Shown here one piece after another: positions 36,238 through 59,289 of a stretch of 64,000 nucleotides of DNA. This stretch comes from Plasmodiophora brassicae. Taxonomy: Eukaryota. The notes under the pieces are model-generated. The model was not told the origin of the DNA, did not search any database, and saw nothing but the letters and a program-made list of their open reading frames with translations. Positions within the stretch are counted from its first letter, which is position 1; each line of letters opens with the position of its first letter. The stretch is taken from contig CP145414.1 of assembly GCA_036867785.1 (NCBI GenBank), positions 930,001 through 994,000 on the forward strand, given 5' to 3'. Both the position numbers and the translations under genes were made by a program.

Positions 36238-37449
36238 ATGTTGTCGGCGCTGAGGCGGGCCGGCCCGGTGTCGGCGCTGGCGCGGCGACTGCCGGTGGCG
36301 TCGCGGTGCGCCAGGCCCATGAGCGGCAGCGGTGCCGGGGGCAGCAGCACGTTCTACGCGTACGATTCACAGATGCCGGAGTCGCCTGGCGTGGATCGTC
36401 GGCTTCCGATGAATATCGTAATGTTGGCTGTCCTGGGATCTGGGTTGCGAAATTGAATTTACATGCGGGTCCAGGGGTTTGCGATCGTTCCTCAGCAGCA
36501 GGCGTGGGTCATTGAGCGATTCGGGAAGTTCGAGCGTGTGCTGGGCTCGGGCCTGCATTTTCTCGTGCCGTTCATTGACCGGATCGCGTACGTGCACTCC
36601 CTGAAGGAGGAGGCGCACCGCGTCCCTCATCAAAGTGCCATCACAAGAGATAACGTCACGATCACGATTGACGGTGTATGTATCGTTGCTGAGCCCCGGG
36701 AGTTGACGGGCTGACTGGGGAGCACTCGACAGGTCCTGTACATTAAGATTACGGATCCGTATGCGGCCAGCTATGGCGTCGAAGATCCAATTTACGCGGT
36801 GACGCAGCTGGCGCAGACGACGATGCGTTCGGAGCTGGGAAAGATCACGCTCGACAAGACGTTCGAGGAGAGGGAGTGCCTGAATCAGAACATTGTCCAA
36901 GCGATTAACGCGGCGTCGAAGGCCTGGGGAATATGTGCCCTACGTTACGAGATCCGCGATATCGCTCCTCCGCCTTCCGTCAAGTCGGCCATGGACCGCC
37001 AGGCCGAAGCAGAACGAAGAAAGCGCGCGCTCATTTTGGATTCGGAGGGTCAGCAGCAGTCGGCAATTAACGAGGCGAACGGCTTGAAGACGGCAGCGAT
37101 CCTCAAGGCCGAAGGTGAAGCGGCGTCGATCCTGGCCCGTGCCGAAGCGACAGCGGCGGGGCTTCAGAAGGTCGCTGCGACGATTACAGGGCGCGGCGGT
37201 TCGGATGCCGTTTCGCTTCGGATCGCTGAACAGTACATCGGTGCGTTCTCCAATCTGGCCAAGGAGAGCACGACCATGCTCCTGCCGGCTAACGCCAATG
37301 ACGCCGGCAGCATGGTCGCCCAGGCCCTGTCCGTGTTCAAAACTGTCAACAAGTCGCTCCAAGACGGCGGTGCCCCCGTTTCGGCAATTGCTTCGAAACC
37401 TGCTGAACCGGGCTCCTCGGCCTCGAAAGAATGGGTCCCTGCGGCCTAG
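36238..37449 (+). CDS. STOML2: Stomatin-like protein 2 (SPFH), with mitochondrial-type leader
   Basis: [57 protein letters not shown]. Confidence 0.93.
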
Positions 37450-37509
37450 ACGATCTACGTTGTTTCAAGTAAACGGGAGGGGAGGCAGGCTTCGCGACGG
37501 TTGTGTCCA

Positions 37510-39128
37510 TTATACGTCAAAGTTGCCCTCTTTCTCGTGTGATGTGAAGAACGAGCTGTTGTCGGTCTTGTTGATCTCGTCGAGGACTTCCAGTTCGGCG
37601 AGACTGGCCTGGAATTTCTGCCAGACAGCGCTCGCAACGACCGTGAACGGGAGGAGATAGTTGACCTCCATCAGATGCAGGATCTGCTGCGACGCGTATT
37701 CGAAGACCTCGTCGTGCAGCTGTAGAGGATTCTATACGGGTCGCTCTTAGCAAAGCGGAACGTGGTTCGGCGGCGTCGCGTGTTCGCACCTCAGGGTCCC
37801 TGAAGACGTTATCGCGGAATTTCGACGTGACTTCCCCGGAGAGGTTCACCTCGAGAGGTGCTCCGGATGCTAGGTACAGTTTAAATATCCGGATGGCCGC
37901 TCGCTTCGAGCCCTGCGAATCCTTCCGGAACTCGGCCCGGAACTGCTGCGTGTCGTGATAGAAGAGAAGGTTCTCTACCTGTCCGTTGCGGCGTTAGCGA
38001 ACGACGTGGAGAATGCAGCGACGACGATGTATCCAGACCGCGAAACAACCGCTGAGATATTGCCTGAGGCGTGCCAGTCAGGTGACCGACCATTCAATGA
38101 ACTCTGATGAATGCACATACCGGAATGACTGGTACCCGTCCGGCGTCTCGAGAAACTTTGGCAGCAGCGATCGCGAATCACAGCTGCTTGGGACGATCTG
38201 TCGTCGACGCAGCGTTGCCAGAACCGGCAATACTACCGATCTGGGCACATGTTAACACGTCACTTGTCGATACCGTGTTCACTCGACCAATGTACATGGC
38301 AAATATTGCATTGCCGGAAACGTATGGCAGAAGGGAAGGCGCCCACGCCCTTTCTATACCCGCGATCCAGATAATTATTCCCAAGCCGATGCCTCCTAAT
38401 GATACGGTCAGTACGCCTATCCAAACCCAGTTCTGGGTGGCAGCCATACCAACTATGCACAGGCCCATCTGGTTCAGCTGCCGCTTCAGTCCATGAGAAT
38501 CCACTGGTACCCAATTTCAGTAACCCGGCTGCAAGGAATGCAGACTATATATACCTTTCAAGTTGATCTGCAGAATCAGGCCAGTGAACGCGATCCCGCT
38601 GATAAGCAAGAACGTCGACCCGGCCAGCAGCGAGCAGCCCGTTGCCGGGTGCGTCGCGAGCTCTCTCTGCGTCACCGACAATGCAGTCGGGTCGGCAACG
38701 AGGCACCCGATCTGGGTCCCTGAAAACAGCACCACACTGATGACAATGAACGCCCAGGATTGGCCAGGCGTTATCATTTTCGCCGAAACAGGCAGAATTG
38801 GCGCTTCGTCGGCAACGTAATTGAGCTGTGCAAACGTCTTCCTGAAGGCCAGGTACAGCTGCAAGGCTAGGACGATGTTACAGCAGAGGAAGCCAAGCGC
38901 GAACACTTGCACAACGATGGATGGGATCAGGAACGGGTACGTATCGGGCAGAGTATTCTGGACGGCTCTTGCCGTTAGGCACAGCGATAGGGACGTGCTG
39001 GCGGCCAGCGTGTAACGCGGGAAGCGCTGCCGGATGGGGGGCAGGTGACGACGCGACGCGTACAGGTACAGGAAGACGCCATGTACTGTGGTCTGGACCC
39101 CGACCATCGCGGCCCCAAACGACAACAT
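37510..39128 (-). CDS. 7TM-RGS protein (2), multi-exon
   Basis: TM1 followed by LPPIRQRFP, several TM segments, DSHGLKRQL; RGS-like YLASGAPLEVNLS and ILHLMEVNYL. Confidence 0.78.
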
Positions 39129-39186
39129 TTTCTTTAGGGTACGAAGTGCGATCGAATAAGCTATTCTTCGTTTGGACTGTAGCGCT

Positions 39187-39220
39187 CCATGGGCCATGGG
39201 CCATGGCCCATGGCCCATGG
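39187..39220. repeat. Perfect 34-bp palindrome built from five CCATGG units
   Basis: ccatgggccatgggccatggcccatggcccatgg equals its own reverse complement. Confidence 0.95.
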
Positions 39221-39308
39221 CCCCTGCACCGACAACGGGTACCCGAACATTACTGTCCCTTGCGTGAATTCTAAACGGCTGGCACTGAAGGCATATTTGT
39301 GGCGACAG

Positions 39309-40126
39309 TCAGGTTGTGTATGGGTTGTGGGGGAATGTACAATGCGCGGTTGTCGTCGTCGAAGGCCTAGAGCTTGCGCTGCTACGCGGCCAGCATGTCA
39401 GACACAGCGGGCAATAAACAGGCGAACGAGGACCGACCTGCTGGCGGAGGCGCTGCTGCCCCTGCTGGTTCTGGTTCTGATTCTGGCGCAACTGCTGCTG
39501 CTGGGGCTGCTGCTGCTGAAGGCGCTGCTGCCGAGGCGATCGACGGTTCAGTTGATTCTGCTGCTGCTGCTGCTGGAGCTGTTGCAGTTGCTGCTGCTGA
39601 CGCTGTTGCTGCTGCGGCTGCTGCTGCTGCTGCTGACGCTGTTGCTGTTGCTGCGGCTGTTGCTGACGCTGTTGCTGCTGTTGCTGCTGACGGCGACGCT
39701 CATCGTTCACCTGCTGCACGCACGAACATGTCAGCTGAAGGAGAATGTGGTGCCAGTCCCACTGACCTGGAAGCTTCTTGGGGACTGGGGTTGCTGGAGC
39801 AGGTACGCCTTGCCCTGGGCGCGCAGCTGCTGCTCGATCTGCAGAGCGCGCTGGGAACCCTCCCTTTCCTGTCGGGCGCGGATCTGCTGGTCGATCTCGC
39901 GGGCCCAGAGTGCGCCCTGGATCTCCTGTTGTTGCCGGATGCGTCGCTCCTCTTCAGGGCTCCGCTGCGGGCGCCTCCTCTGCACCTGACGCTGCTGGTA
40001 CACGACCTGCGGCTGGAAGCGCTTCGCGCTCGGCTGCTGCTTGTCGCTGTCCTGCAGGCGGCGCTTCGGGCTCAGCGTCTGGAATGCGTTGACGGGGAGC
40101 GATCCGGTCACTGGACGGGCTTGCAT
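39309..40126 (-). CDS. Glutamine-rich low-complexity protein (CAG/CAA repeats ~39490-39690)
   Basis: Two Q/R-rich ORFs (39731.. and 39309..) joinable by a GT-AG intron near 39712-39767. The end is uncertain. Confidence 0.55.
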
Positions 40127-40346
40127 GGTTTGGCTCGGGGGATCGTGTCCTGTGTGTCTGCGATGCGCCTGCTCGAATTGGGAATGAATGACGCCTGGCG
40201 GGCGCTGTCGTCTTTGCGGCGCGTGCGTGCCGCAACGCGCACCCGCGAGTGACTCATCCGAATGACCCGACGCGTGCGTCAACGTGTCGGAACACACGAC
40301 GAGCCACGTGTATTGTGTGTGCGCGCGCGTGCGCGTCTGTATTGCT

Positions 40347-42090
40347 TCACAGGATGATGCCGACGACAGCAGCGCTGAGCCACGTGGACACCGTTCCCGT
40401 CAGCATGGCCGATAGGGCCAGGTGGGCGAAGTCGGCGGATCGCGTCGGGGCCATCACGGTCAGCGTGCCGATCTGCATGCCCATGGACGCCAGATTGGCG
40501 AACCCGCACAACGCGAACGACATGATCTGGAACGTCCTCGGCGCGACCTGGTCCCGCACCGCGATCAGCGTCGTGTACCCGACGAACTCGTTGACCAACA
40601 TCTTGCTGGCCAGGATCTCGCCCGCCAGCCTGGCATCCGCAGCGGGAACGCCCATCAGCCAGGCGAACGGGGCGAACACGTACGACAGAAGGAACTGGAT
40701 CGTGATCGGGTGCGGGCCGCCCGCGTTGACCGACTCGACAACGTCGACCAGGGTGAAAATCGTGCCGAGCGCAGCGTTAACGGCGGCGAACAGCGATACG
40801 ATGGCCAGGATCGACCCGGCGATCAGGAGCACGATTTGCACACCTGGACGGCAACCTTAGCAACGCGTCCCCGAACGATTACGAGGTGTGACGCTGACCG
40901 GTGGCGGCGCCGATCGCGGCGGCGTGAAGGACGTTGACCTGGTCGGTGGGCGAATGCGGTATCGAGACGCTGTCCCTGGTCATCGGCGTGTCGGATGGTA
41001 GGCGCATCTTGGACAGGAGGAGCGACGTCGGGATCGACATGATGCAGGATGTCAGGAGGATGTTGGCGTCAATGCCGATGGCGATGTACGCCATGAGCAC
41101 GGAGCCGGCGATGGTGGCGAACCCGGACGTCATCATCGAGTGGACCTCGGACACAGTCGCGTACTCGACGAACGGCCTGACCAGCATGGCGGATTCGCCT
41201 TGCCCAACGAACGGGGACGCAGCTAGCACGGGACGCGTTGCTCAGCGGCGTCAACGTGGACGAACGGTTCAACGGGATGTACCGGCGACGACGGCCTCAC
41301 AGCCAGAGCAGCGCATCAGGGCACGTGTCACGTAGGCCACCTTCTCGACGACGGCCTGCATGTAACCCCAGTAGTACAGCACCTGGATGAAGGCGCAGAA
41401 GAAGATGACCGCCGGGAACACGTGCAGGACGAAATTGGTCGGCGTGTACGACCCGATCAGGAACGCGGTGCCGTCGTGCGACAGGGACAGGAACGACACG
41501 ATTACCCTGGCGATCGTGCGGAACGCTTCGAATCCGACCCGGGTACGGAAGACGACCATGGCGATGACGTACTGCAGGAACAGGCCGACGGACACAGTGT
41601 GCCAGTCGATGGACATTCGTTGTTTCGATACGGCGAACATCAAGGCCAGAAAGGCGACGACGCCAGCGACCGACTGTAAACGCATCCAGATCGTGGTGCC
41701 CGGTTGCAGGGCGAACAGGAAGGCGGACACGAGATGGGCGGCGAGCGTGCATGTCAACAGCAACGCATGGCGGGCAGCGTCTGTGGGCACGAGGCGACCT
41801 GCGGCATTCGACAACAGCCGACGGAATGGAACCTGCGACAACGACGAAGGATGTAGGCGCCGTGTGTACTTCACGACAACAACGACGAGCGCGAATGCGT
41901 ATACAGCAACGATAACGGCAAAGGCATCCGGGTGGGTACGCGACCTGTCCTTCTGGGCGAGGACGACGACGTACGCAGTGAACAAGAGCAGCAGTACGCC
42001 CTGCAGCAGCAGGCGGGTACGCGGTGTCTGGGCACCCTGCTCCACAGGCTTATCCGCATCATCGAAAGGGACGTCGACGACGGGCGCCAT
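40347..42090 (-). CDS. Concentrative Na+/H+ nucleoside cotransporter (CNT/SLC28/NupC family), multi-exon
   Basis: IDWHTVSVGLFLQY, PFVGQGES, MTSGFATIAGS, KMLVNEFVGY, FALCGFANLASMGMQIG. Confidence 0.93.
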
Positions 42091-42546
42091 ATCGCTACAG
42101 GCCGGCTGCTCACAGCGGGACTTTGAACCAGATTCCCGACCGCACCCGCAGATCTGCATACAGCCAGTCCCTGCCCGCCACTCTGCCTGTAGGTGACCAT
42201 GCAACACCAGCGGCAGAACGGCCGAACGTACCGTTTGTACAAACATGCATCTACGCCTCATGCGAAACACGCCGACGGATTCGTTTCGTGCGCGATGACA
42301 TCAGCACCAGCGGGTTGACCGCATTCCGTACAGCAGCGCAGGGCGACGAACGTTCGGCCTGCCGATGTTTTCGTCGCAGGTGGCCACGAAGCGCTTTCGG
42401 CGGGGCGCCAAAACGTCGCAGTTCGAATGTCGGCGCGGCCCCGTGCGACCTGTCTCCCGTTTTGCTGATAGTACACCTCGCCTGAGGCCTGAACTGTCAG
42501 AACTGGACCCGCTGCTCTGAAAAATGTGGTCTACGTACCTGTGTGA

Positions 42547-53241
<10,695 letters not shown>

Positions 53242-53460
53242 ACATCTACAAATGTTGCATCATGTGATATCCACATAAAGGTCAGTCTGACGGGTTCGTC
53301 GGCCGCGTGCGCCGCCGCCTTCGGCGCTGACGCGACTATTTCTGGGGTCGGTGGTGTTTCCGTCCGTGTCGTGCGTCGTGATCCGCCCGATTATAGAAGC
53401 AGGGGTTGGAGCGCCGTGCAAATGCGTCAAATCGGTGCTCGCGCGTCCCACTGATTCGGC

Positions 53461-55187
53461 ATGTCGAGCACCGAGGCGTCCAGCTCCAAGCTATGCATAT
53501 CCGACTTTACGGTCGGCGATCAGATCGGCGAAGGGTCGTATGGGAAGGTTGGCGCGGCGTCGAACGCATAGAATCGCGCTGTTGATCGTGTCTGGGGCAG
53601 GTTGTGCGGGCGACGTTGAAGAGAACTGGCGCCGTTTACGCCCTGTACGTATTATGTGGCGTCCTGTCGATTCCCGGGTGGTGACGTAATCGCACAGGAA
53701 GATCCTCAACAAAGGGCATGTTCTCAGACACGGCAAACAAGCGTACGTGATGAACGAGAAGGCGATCCTGATGAAGCTCGACCACCCTGGGGTTATCCAC
53801 CTCATCGGAACGTTCCACGATGCCCACTCGTTGTGTACGTTTCAGTCTCCGCCTCTCTGCCACTGCCGGCCTTGTTCGCTGATGGCCAACCGTAGACTTT
53901 GTGCTGGAGCTTGCCAGCGGTGGTGAGCTATTTCAACAGATCAAATCCGTAAGGGATCTATCGTGGCTCCCGTGCTTGACGCTGACGTACGAGTGCACTC
54001 AGCTGACGAGGTGTCCCGAGAGTCTGGCACAATTCTACGTGGCCGAGATCGTCCTGATCTTAGAGTATATTCACAAGAACGGCATCATACACCGGGATGT
54101 GAAACCGGAGAACCTGTTACTCAGCGAGGACGGGCACATTCGCCTGATCGACTTCGGTTCAGCAAGAAGGCTGGAAACGCGAGACGCCGCCGATGAGCGC
54201 ACGCGCAAGAACTCTTTCGTTGGTACCGCAGAGTAAGCGATGCCCAGTGGATCGCAAGACATTGGATTAAGGCCTGCCATCAGATATGTGCCCCCGGAAC
54301 TCCTTAAGAATCAACCTATAGGATTCGCGTACGTATACCCGATCCAGTGTCGAGCCCGATCTGAAACGACAGTGGTGATCAGGGCTGATTGGTGGGCGCT
54401 GGGATGCGTCCTGTACCAGTTACTCACAGGACGACCTCCGTTCCGTGGTGAAACGGAGTACCTGACGTTTCAGAAGATTCTTGCCCATGAGCTGGAATTT
54501 CCCGATCACGTGTCACAGCCGGCAAGGTCCCTCATAACGCGACTGCTCTCTGTTGATACGGAAGAACGCACTCGTGGAGGTTTCGAACTGTAATCGTGGC
54601 GCCAGCGGCTTCCATTGGTAAGCGTATCAACTGTAGAATAGGTTGAAAAGGGACGAATTCTTCTCCGGAATCGCTGTGGACGACGACCTGTTCAGGAAAC
54701 CGTCACCGGTCGTCTCGTTACCCAAGACAACTTCGGAAGAGACCGCCAGCTCCCAACAGGCAGAGGAACCCCATGACTGGTACTGCTGCGGACGATGGAT
54801 CCATCGACTGCCAGATTGGCTTACTGCTGTTGTATGTACAGGAGCTCCTTTCTATTGCCCGGAGAACAAATCATTTATTCAGGATTGGTGTCCAAACGCC
54901 GGGGCCTGTTTGCTAAACGACGTCAGCTGCTGTTAACCAGGGCGCCTCGGTTCGTGTATATCGACGTCGCGAAGATGGAGATGCGGGGACAAATCCCATG
55001 GTCGTCTGGTATTCGCATCGAGAAGCGCAGCGATAGCGTTTTCCTTATCCACACGGTCGGTGACGTGCTCCGTATGCCGTCCCTCTTCGACTAACTGCTG
55101 TGAACCCAGCCTCATCGGACGTATCATATGGAGGCGATCACTGGGACTGCTGAACGCTGGGTCGATGCCGTGTCCCGCATAGCGTGA
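53461..55187 (+). CDS. PDPK1: 3-phosphoinositide-dependent protein kinase 1 (kinase + C-terminal PH), multi-exon
   Basis: IGEGSYGK, YVMNEK, HRDVKPEN, DFGSA, RKNSFVGTAEYVPPELL; PH motif KRRGLFAKRRQLLLT..PRFVYID. Confidence 0.93.
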
Positions 55188-55327
55188 TCGCCGAACCTGC
55201 GTTACACAATCCCCCTATCCAACTGTCACTTGTGTGCCTCGGACGATGAAGGGTTCTCTCTGCTGCTCTGGGACCCTTCAAAGAGAGACAAGAAGAACCT
55301 GTTGTTTAGATGTAGAATTGCACTGCA

Positions 55328-56477
55328 TCATAAAATGGTGCAGCACGACGTCGTCTGGCCCTGCGGCGCCGTCGCAGTGGACGCCGTTGCCTTCGTGCTC
55401 CGCGGACGCTCTTCCTCTGGCGCGACTGCGTCCGGTTTAACGGCTGGCACGACGACTGGGTCCGGCTTAACGGCTGGCCCACCCTAGGACGAACAGTAAA
55501 TGACAATGATGCTGCCATCGACCGTCATCCGGTTACCGAATTAGCCGCCACCGGCCCCACATCGGCCGCTGCTTGCTGGACGGCGGTTTCGACCGCTTTC
55601 TTGGCCGCTTCATCGGCCGCTTTACGCGCTGCATCCTGTCATGGTCGTCAGGTCGCGATATGGGATGCGTACGTTACATCAGGGTACCTCTTCTGCCCGG
55701 TCTTTCTCCTCCTTCTCAGCAAGGTATGCCGCGCGTTCCTCGTCAGTCATACGCTTGAGCTTCTGCTCCTCCTCGAACTTGGCCATGTTCTCCGCCTGCT
55801 TAGCAAGGCGCTACGGTCCAAGGTCAACCTCTGTTGCACACAAAACGAATGCAATTCGTGTCGTAGTTACCCGTTCGCGTTCCTGCTCCTGGCGGAGGCG
55901 TTCCTCGGCCGCGTCCCTTTCCCTCTGCTCCTGCTCCGCACGAAGCTTGGCTTTCGCAGCTTCCTGTTTAGCGAACGCCTCAGCTTCAGCTGCGCGCCTC
56001 TGCTCATCCTCTTCGCGCTGACGGGCCTCTGCCGCATCTGATCGTAACCGTTGGTTAACATCCAGACACTACCGTTCGGCCGGATGCCCACCCTGTTTCT
56101 GCTTCTCAAATGCCAACATGGTTGCCTGCTGGGCGGCCAGTTGCTGTGCGCGTTTCTCCGCCTCTTCGGTGGCGCGCTGCTGCTTCTCAGCCTCGCGGGC
56201 CTGCTCGCTCTCCAGCAGGATCTGTTTGGCGCGTTGCTGCTTCGCGAACATCTCCGCCTCGCGTCGCTTCAGCTCTTCCGCCTCCTTCGCCTCCCGTTCC
56301 TCACGCTCTGCAACAGAAACGTTCGGTATGGAGGACGTCGCCAGCGCGCACACAACGGACCCTTCTGTTTCCGCAGCTCCATCTGCTGGATCGCATTGGG
56401 CCGTCCTACCGCCAGCGGTTAGAGAACATGGGCGATTTACGCGCAACGCGAGCCGACGCACCGTCGTCATCCGCCAT
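55328..56477 (-). CDS. E/K/R/A-rich coiled-coil protein ending in CaaX motif (CCTIL), multi-exon
   Basis: Exons such as EREEREAKEAEELKRREAE; the last exon reads ..APQGQTTSCCTIL*. Confidence 0.65.
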
Positions 56478-56848
56478 GACGGCCACCGCCTTCCTGCTGC
56501 TGTCGAACAGCTCGTGAATCAAAAGATCGCCACGATGGCACGCGCCCTGGACGCCAGCGTGACCCACGGGGTACACTCGGTACTCCCCGCACGACGCGGC
56601 GTGTTGCGCACAAAAAGTGCAGTTCCTACGTGTTACATGGCTACCCGTTTATTGTTACCCCCGTCCGCCACGAGACCGCACAGCTGTGACTACCGATGTT
56701 ACATCGTCCCCCAGTCTGCTGCCAGTGGGAAAACGCAGATCCTGCCCCGGCCAGTGGGGTGGGGCGCGGGGCCGCACCCCACGGGTAACGCCACACGGCG
56801 TACGGGTTGGGGCGGCGGTGCAGCTGGGGGTCCGGCGCATCATCCGCG

Positions 56849-58081
56849 ATGGCCACGGAGGCGGGCCGGGTGCCGAGCGGACCGCCGCTGACGGGGGAGG
56901 TCGTGCCTGGTCGACCGGACGCCAACATGCCTGACGATGACAACGGGCTGGGCATTCTGCTGGTTATCGGCGTTTCCCTTGTCGTCCAGTTCGGCCTGCA
57001 CCATTGGCAGAGGTTACGCCCGAGATCGTACCATTTGGGTTCGTACACGACTCGCGAGTTCGTTCCAGGCGATACTTGACATGTCAGCGTAGTCTCCTTG
57101 CTGGGCCTTTGGCTGTTCCCGATGCTCGTGTCCATCCACTCCGGGTTCGTCATCATGCTCTCTGTCTGGAGTGCCTTCTCGTTGTACACTGGATATCTGT
57201 TCGGGCAGATCCGATTCATTCAACCCGTTCCAAAGGACCTGCCAGGACGGGTAATGCCTTGTGGCGGTTCGGCCCTGCGATGCCTAAGTACGTTTCAGGT
57301 GTACAGTTGGTTCAGCTTCATACACCGATCGTGCTATGTCCTGGCGATTGCTGGGTACATCATGGTCCTCGTTCAAATGCTGCTCGGCCTTGGTATCGGA
57401 TTATTCGGGTTCTACGTCGGATTCTATGGGCTATACTATGGCGTGCTCAGTCGTGATGTTGCCGAGTTCACTGCCGAACGAGTCGTTGCCAAACTCGGAT
57501 ACTACAGGTCCGTACGACATTTCGCAACGGGATGCATGCCCTGACGACCGGGTAGCGGCGATAAGAATCAAATCCCGACGAGGAGCCTCAGTGCCAGGAT
57601 ATGCGCCCTTTGTGATCAGGTCTCTTCATCCGCATGACGTCCTGGAATGTGCTGTTGAACGCGTGACGGTTCAGGAACTGGATTTGAGCTCGCCGCTGTC
57701 AGCGTCAGGACAACGCAACGTCCACGTTCTCGCTTGCGGTCATCGGTACCATGACTTGTACGACATGACGCCGCCGCTGGATGTGTGCGTGTGTGTGACG
57801 TTTCGCGGTAGATGCTTGAGAGGCTGGGCAATGGTGGGGAAGAAGGATACGTGCGCGTATTGCCGAGAGAAGATCGACCTCAAGGATGTCAGTACCGGGT
57901 TCGCAGACTTCGAACTGCTTTGACCTACCTGCCATAGATCGCCGCCGATAGCGTGTGGCTGCACCAGTCTCTGCTGTGGGGGCAAATCCTCGACGCTATC
58001 CGATACCTCGTCGCTTGGAACCCAGTCATATTTCTGGCCATGCGCGGTGCACTGACGCTCGTCGGCATCCCGCATTTGTAA
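56849..58081 (+). CDS. RNF121: Multi-pass RING-H2 E3 ligase RNF121/RNF175-like, multi-exon
   Basis: SLLGLWLFP, FYGLYYGVLSRD.AE, LACGH.YH..CLRGW..VGKKDTC.YCREKIDLK, RYLVAWNP. The start is uncertain. Confidence 0.9.
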
Positions 58082-58257
58082 CAAATATATACGCACGCTG
58101 GCGCGCGTTCAACCTTCGCCGGTTCACCGCGATCTGGCTTCATGCTCAACCAAGCGTTGACGAACGACGTTATCGACATCAGGCGCTATGCAGCGTACGG
58201 TGTCCAAACACTGTATCATTGCCTGCTGTGCCGACAATGTCGCTGTGGTTGCCGTCG

Positions 58258-58854
58258 TCAATGCTGGCCGGTTGACGCCGCCAGCATGACGATGCCCGGC
58301 GGCTGCGTCTCTCGTGCCTGCCTCTTGCAAGATCGCCGTCTGCTGCTGGGTGTCGGCGTCGCTGTCGTTGAGTGCCCTGGTTTCGATGACATCGTCTTCG
58401 ATGACGACGTCGGTGGCGCGGCCTTCCCCTCCTCTTGCTCCTTCCGCCAGATGTCGACCGCGGCGCCCGCTCCTCGTCGTACCCGGACCTCATTCGGGTT
58501 GACGAACATGAACGTGTTGGGCATGGCGCTTGCCAGGCATTGTAGTACCTGCCGCCCCAACCCGCATCTGACCGCTGCTGCCTGCAGGACGGGGTCCACT
58601 CTGCTCATATCGATCGCGATGGACCTGCCGGACAGGTCAGCACACCATCTGGTCACGGCGCCGTCATCGCCCGACCTGTAGGCCGACCCCAATTGCCTGT
58701 CGTTCCTGTGCCAGTGGCCTTTAAACCGCGCTAGGAGCTCGTCGCACAGGATGGCCTCGTATTTGTCGAACGCGTCGGCGGGCAGTGGTATGGTGACGAC
58801 CGTGCGCAGCTGCTCGGTCCACCATCGTGCCGCGTGCTCGCACTCGGTCCTCAT
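58258..58854 (-). CDS. BTG/Tob family antiproliferative (CAF1-binding) protein
   Basis: RFKGHW......GSAYR|SI, DPVLQAAA, LP-like MPNTFMFVNPNEVRVR. Confidence 0.85.
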   Translation of the reverse strand: MRTECEHAARWWTEQLRTVVTIPLPADAFDKYEAILCDELLARFKGHWHRNDRQLGSAYRSGDDGAVTRWCADLSGRSIAIDMSRVDPVLQAAAVRCGLGRQVLQCLASAMPNTFMFVNPNEVRVRRGAGAAVDIWRKEQEEGKAAPPTSSSKTMSSKPGHSTTATPTPSSRRRSCKRQARETQPPGIVMLAASTGQH

Positions 58855-59289
58855 CGTTGGGCTCAACAGGGCGATTATGATTGGGGCGGGCGGGCGGGCG
58901 CTCGAGATCCGATTATCGCCCAGAGGTACGCCAAACAACCACCAGCGATCAACGTACAGGGAATGACCTCCCAGGAACCGCCTAATCACCGTTCGCGCGA
59001 ACAGGCCCGCACACGATAGTACTCTGCGACCAGGTTGTTCTCGAGCGCCAGTCGGTGTTCCAGACTCCTAGGACTTGCAACGACAGGGTTGCTCGCTCCG
59101 GCCTCTGGGTGAAGATCGGTAGACACGCTCTGTGTCGTGCATCGTTCCCTATCCCACCCAGGGCAGGGCTCCAAAGGCCGCGCGCTCAGACAGGATGCTT
59201 GGCGTTATACTTGAGGTTCCGGTTGCTAGCCGGAATCTTCGTCAACCCACACAGAGCGCAATCACTACGTACATGGCAACGTGGTGCTG

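Noticed and set aside
39189-40252. Poly-Ala and poly-Leu plus-strand ORFs
   Set aside because: Shadows of the CAG/CAA tract. The minus-strand Gln-rich reading has matching splice signals.
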